DNA from: Candidatus Melainabacteria bacterium 17Bon1m
Lineage (GTDB): Bacteria > Cyanobacteriota > Vampirovibrionia > Obscuribacterales > Obscuribacteraceae
DNA length: 64,000 nucleotides
Reading direction: 5' to 3'
Assembly (NCBI GenBank): GCA_032128875.1
Contig: JAVLKG010000003.1
Span: forward strand, 545,008-609,007
Shown: one piece after another, positions 60,718-64,000 of the stretch
Position numbering within the stretch: position 1 is the first letter of the stretch
How the letters are laid out: each line of letters opens with the position of its first letter
Program-made: the position numbers and the translations under genes
The notes under the pieces: model-generated
Seen by the model: only the letters and a program-made list of their open reading frames with translations
The model's database searches: none
Told to the model about the DNA's origin: nothing

Positions 60718-61494
60718 CTATGCTACCAGGGCTTGAAACTTATTCCAGTAAAAATTCAGTCTTCGAGCGATGCGGTGGCGAGTCTTCTTGGCCTTTTGGC
60801 GCGCAATTTTGATGCAATCGAAACCGTTGATTCTTGGCAGATTAGAACATCCCATTGCTGCCTCGGAGGGAAGAGTATCTATGACGGGATTTCTCCAATG
60901 AGTAATAACTGTGCGATCAAACTCAATTCCAATTACGATGTGATCCCGAATGTATTCATCGGCATCACGTCCGCGCAAACCAGCTTTCCATGCATCGACG
61001 CCAATTTTTCTTCCTACTTTGTTATTTGATAAGTCCCGATGTCTATCGCGTAAATCGCGCTCTGATACTCCGTTTCTATCAAGCAGCCATTCAGTGAATT
61101 CATTGGCTACGAATAGTTTGTCCGAAAGGTAGTCTCCCAGCTCGTAGGCTGCAAGCGCAGAACCATAGCTGTGCTGGAAACCATTAATCTTGTCACGCCA
61201 AACAGGAAAGCTGAGCGTTTTGTAGTTTTGCACGAAAGTCTGTGCAAAATAGGAATCAATTGTCGGTGGCAAATTGAATTGTTTGTCGGATTTGAAAACG
61301 TGAAGCATCAAATCTTTTCCCATTACTTCATGCTCTGCTAATGACACGCGCACCAGAATAGACAAGACGTAGCCGCCTAGTATTGTGCCGCTCAGAATCA
61401 TCAAACAGAGTGCAGAACTAGCAATCCTTACTTGATTTGGAGTTAGTAATCTCTTGTATTGCTGGAGCGACTTCAACTTCGGAATTGATTTCAT
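60718..61494 (-). CDS. Membrane-anchored hypothetical protein (DUF6973-like motifs)
   Basis: TM helix; NGFQHSYGSA...E...DLSNNKVGR. Confidence 0.7.
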   Translation of the reverse strand: MKSIPKLKSLQQYKRLLTPNQVRIASSALCLMILSGTILGGYVLSILVRVSLAEHEVMGKDLMLHVFKSDKQFNLPPTIDSYFAQTFVQNYKTLSFPVWRDKINGFQHSYGSALAAYELGDYLSDKLFVANEFTEWLLDRNGVSERDLRDRHRDLSNNKVGRKIGVDAWKAGLRGRDADEYIRDHIVIGIEFDRTVITHWRNPVIDTLPSEAAMGCSNLPRINGFDCIKIARQKAKKTRHRIARRLNFYWNKFQALVA

Positions 61495-61612
61495 GTTTCC
61501 AACCTCATGGAAGCCATGCTAGCAATTCATCACATTAATTGGATTAATCAAAGTTACTTTGTCTTGCGGAACATCCGTAGAAAATTGACGTCGGGTCGAA
61601 GTTCGCCAGGCG

Positions 61613-62311
61613 CTAATCAACCTTCAGTCGATAACCCACGCCTGGTTCTGTAATCAGATATTTCGGTTGCGCAGGGTTTTTCTCCAGCTTGCGCCGCAAT
61701 TGCGCCATGTACACGCGCAGGTAGTGTGTTTCCCCTGAATATTCCGCACCCCATGCTTCGCGCAGCAAATGATTGTGAGTGACCACGCGTCCAGCGTATT
61801 TGATCAATGTAGAGAGTAGTTTGTATTCGATTGGCGTGAGATGCAGCTCTTCGCCATTTCGTGAGACCTGTCGTTTTATGAAGTCTACTTCCACGTCTCC
61901 GAACTTGAATGTCGATTGCGTTTCTCCGTTGGAATTAGTCATGGTTCTGCGCAGAGCTACGCGCGCTCTGGCCATCAACTCAGCAACTCCAAATGGTTTC
62001 GTCAAATAGTCATCCGCGCCCGCATCAAGCGCTTCCACTTTGTCCTTCTCTTGGCCGCGTGCAGACAATACGATGATTGGAATGGGTGTCCACTCTCTCA
62101 GTTGTTTTGTGACTTCTAGCCCATCCATGTCTGGCAATCCAAGGTCGAGAATGACGATATCCGGCTTTTCCGAAGCGACTTTGAGCATGCCTTCCTGCCC
62201 AGAAATTGCTTCCGAGAAATCGTATCCCTGACTCGTCAGTGTCATCTTGAGAAAGCGCCTGATTGGTGCCTCATCTTCTATTACTAATACCGAGACTTTT
62301 GACTTTGACAT
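61613..62311 (-). CDS. kdpE: KdpE response regulator
   Basis: LDLGLPDMDG, ALDAGADDYLTKPFG, HLTPIEYKLL, YLRVYMAQLRRKLE. Confidence 0.93.
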   Translation of the reverse strand: MSKSKVSVLVIEDEAPIRRFLKMTLTSQGYDFSEAISGQEGMLKVASEKPDIVILDLGLPDMDGLEVTKQLREWTPIPIIVLSARGQEKDKVEALDAGADDYLTKPFGVAELMARARVALRRTMTNSNGETQSTFKFGDVEVDFIKRQVSRNGEELHLTPIEYKLLSTLIKYAGRVVTHNHLLREAWGAEYSGETHYLRVYMAQLRRKLEKNPAQPKYLITEPGVGYRLKVD

Positions 62312-62320
62312 GATTGCCTC

Positions 62321-63838
62321 TTACGCTTTTGTAGCGCTTACTTTCTTTGGCTGCTCTTCGTCCATATCGGATATTTCGATATTCGATTTGTCGACTTCAG
62401 ATTTGTCGATTGGAAGAGTAAACCAAAAAGTTGCCCCTCCACCTTCTCTAGCTTTGATGCCAAGCCTGCCACCATGAGCTTCTACGATGCCCTGGCATAT
62501 TGCGAGCCCGAGACCAGCACCACTGGCACTGGATTTGTTTTTTGCGCGCACAAACTTTTGAAAAATTTGAGTGTGCATTTCCTCTGGAATTCCTGGTCCT
62601 CTATCACTCACTTCGATTGTGATAAACTCTGGTTCTGATGCGGATTGCGATGCTCTGAGTAGTAGCGGTGAATCCGGTGGGGTATATTTGAAAACGTTCT
62701 CCAAGAGATTGATCATCAGCTGTTGCAGTAAGACCGCGTCACCGGAAATCATTGGAAGATCGTCTGGAATATCTGTTTCGACCTGGCGGGATTCTAATTG
62801 TTCTTCGAAGTAAGAAATTGCGGCTCCGATGATTTCGTCGACTGGCTGTGGTTCTTTTCTGATCTCCAGGGCTCCGGACTCGACTCTGGTCATGTCCAGT
62901 AAATTGCCTACCAGTCGGTTAAGGCGGCGCGATTCGTTGAAAATCTCCCCTGCAAGTTCTTTGCACTCTTCCAAGTTGACTTCCGCGCCAGCTTCCATGA
63001 TTCCACTGGCGGCACCGGTAATAGTGGCAAGGGGTGTTCGCAAATCGTGAGAGATAGAACTCAAAAGGGAGCTACGAAGTTGCTCTGCCTTTACTTGCAC
63101 GCGAGCTTGTTCGTTCTCCGCGGACAGCCTGATGCGCTCGCAAGCTGTAGCAAGCTGTGTGGTAAACGCTTCGAGCGTGCTCAGTCTTTCCGAATCACAG
63201 TGCGCTAAGCCTTCTGAAACGTACACAAATCCGAGTGGTGCGTCGGTTGCAATCGAGCTCTTTAATGGAATTGAAACAGATTTGGAGGTGCCGGATGGCA
63301 GTTCTGGAACTTCGCCTGGTTGTGCTATGAGAACATCAACGTGCGTTTCAACCAACTCCTCAATATGCCGGCGGGCAATATCAGCGAGTGCCGCCAAGTC
63401 TCGCCCTTCGGCAAGTTCGCGGCTAAAGGAGTAAAGCAATGAGGTCTGATGTTCTTTGCGCGTAGCGAGCTCTGCTTGATCATGTGCCGCTGCCGTCAAG
63501 TTGCTAATGACTAATGCTGTCGTCAGCATCACTCCAAAGGTCAAAAGATATTGGGAGTCGGATACGGCGAAGGTGAGGTAGGGCGGGATGCAGAAGAAGT
63601 CGAAGATGCAGACGCTCATTATCGATGCCATGATTGCCGGACCCTTGCCAAACTTTATGGCAGCAATCACGACTGCCAGAATGTATAGCATTACCAGGTT
63701 TGCGGCGGCAAAGTGCGGCACAAGCAAACGCGCGATAAACGTCGCCGCCCCGACAAGCATCAGGGTGTAGAGGTACCGCATTCGGTTTTCGTGATTCATA
63801 TGATGACCCGGACCGGGCTCAATCCACCCGACGTTCAC
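62321..63838 (-). CDS. kdpD: KdpD-like sensor kinase (membrane plus transmitter part only)
   Basis: Four TM helices with FDFF..PP..TF; RSSLLSSISHDLRTPL; GAGLGLAIC; no N-terminal KdpD/Usp domains. Confidence 0.85.
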   Translation of the reverse strand: MNVGWIEPGPGHHMNHENRMRYLYTLMLVGAATFIARLLVPHFAAANLVMLYILAVVIAAIKFGKGPAIMASIMSVCIFDFFCIPPYLTFAVSDSQYLLTFGVMLTTALVISNLTAAAHDQAELATRKEHQTSLLYSFSRELAEGRDLAALADIARRHIEELVETHVDVLIAQPGEVPELPSGTSKSVSIPLKSSIATDAPLGFVYVSEGLAHCDSERLSTLEAFTTQLATACERIRLSAENEQARVQVKAEQLRSSLLSSISHDLRTPLATITGAASGIMEAGAEVNLEECKELAGEIFNESRRLNRLVGNLLDMTRVESGALEIRKEPQPVDEIIGAAISYFEEQLESRQVETDIPDDLPMISGDAVLLQQLMINLLENVFKYTPPDSPLLLRASQSASEPEFITIEVSDRGPGIPEEMHTQIFQKFVRAKNKSSASGAGLGLAICQGIVEAHGGRLGIKAREGGGATFWFTLPIDKSEVDKSNIEISDMDEEQPKKVSATKA

Positions 63839-63842
63839 GGTT

Positions 63843-64000
63843 CTAGCCTACCAGGATTCTGGGGCGTCGCGACGGGTCGCGTTCAATTTGGCGCAAGATT
63901 TCCCGTGTAAGTGGCGCCGTTTCACCTTCTCCGAGGAAAACGAATTTGAACACATACCTTAGCGGATTGCCTTCCGTCCAACCAAAGTAGGCGTGTGGCA
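63843..64000 (-). CDS. C-terminus of an APC-superfamily (putative K+) transporter, partial
   Basis: My translation PHAYFGWTEGNPLRYVFKFVFLGEGETAPLTREILRQIERDPSRRPRILVG* resembles, from memory, the tail of kdp-associated amino-acid-transporter-like proteins. Confidence 0.65.
   Translation of the reverse strand, partial: PHAYFGWTEGNPLRYVFKFVFLGEGETAPLTREILRQIERDPSRRPRILVG

Overview
Mostly core-chromosome DNA from a diderm bacterium. It is probably a non-photosynthetic cyanobacterial relative (Melainabacteria/Vampirovibrionia-like); this is an inference from the cyanobacterial-type RecG N-terminus and the absence of photosynthesis genes here. Housekeeping genes: tRNA-Ser(GGA), prfA-prmC-hslO, rpmB, recG, hutH, lnt, recA, a Crp/Fnr regulator, tRNA-Arg(CCG), a sigma-70 paralog, addB-addA, a heme-PAS kinase/response-regulator cascade and a truncated kdpD with kdpE. 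No integrase, transposase, rRNA or CRISPR array was seen. Best leads: (1) next to tRNA-Arg, a 1727-aa effector-like protein with annexin-like repeats, a hydrophobic hairpin and a C-terminal papain-like Q/C/H/N domain, followed by three paralogous partner genes (one intact, one internally deleted, one frameshifted); (2) a PatA-like putrescine aminotransferase fused to a histone-H1-like tail, behind a long folded leader containing an Arg/Lys-rich uORF; (3) NrdR-box-like palindromes upstream of sigma-addB-addA, with a near copy at the other end of the effector locus; (4) two MglA GTPases with no MglB in the window; (5) several multi-stem RNA-like structures in intergenic regions. All family assignments are by-eye motif recognition; no database search was run.
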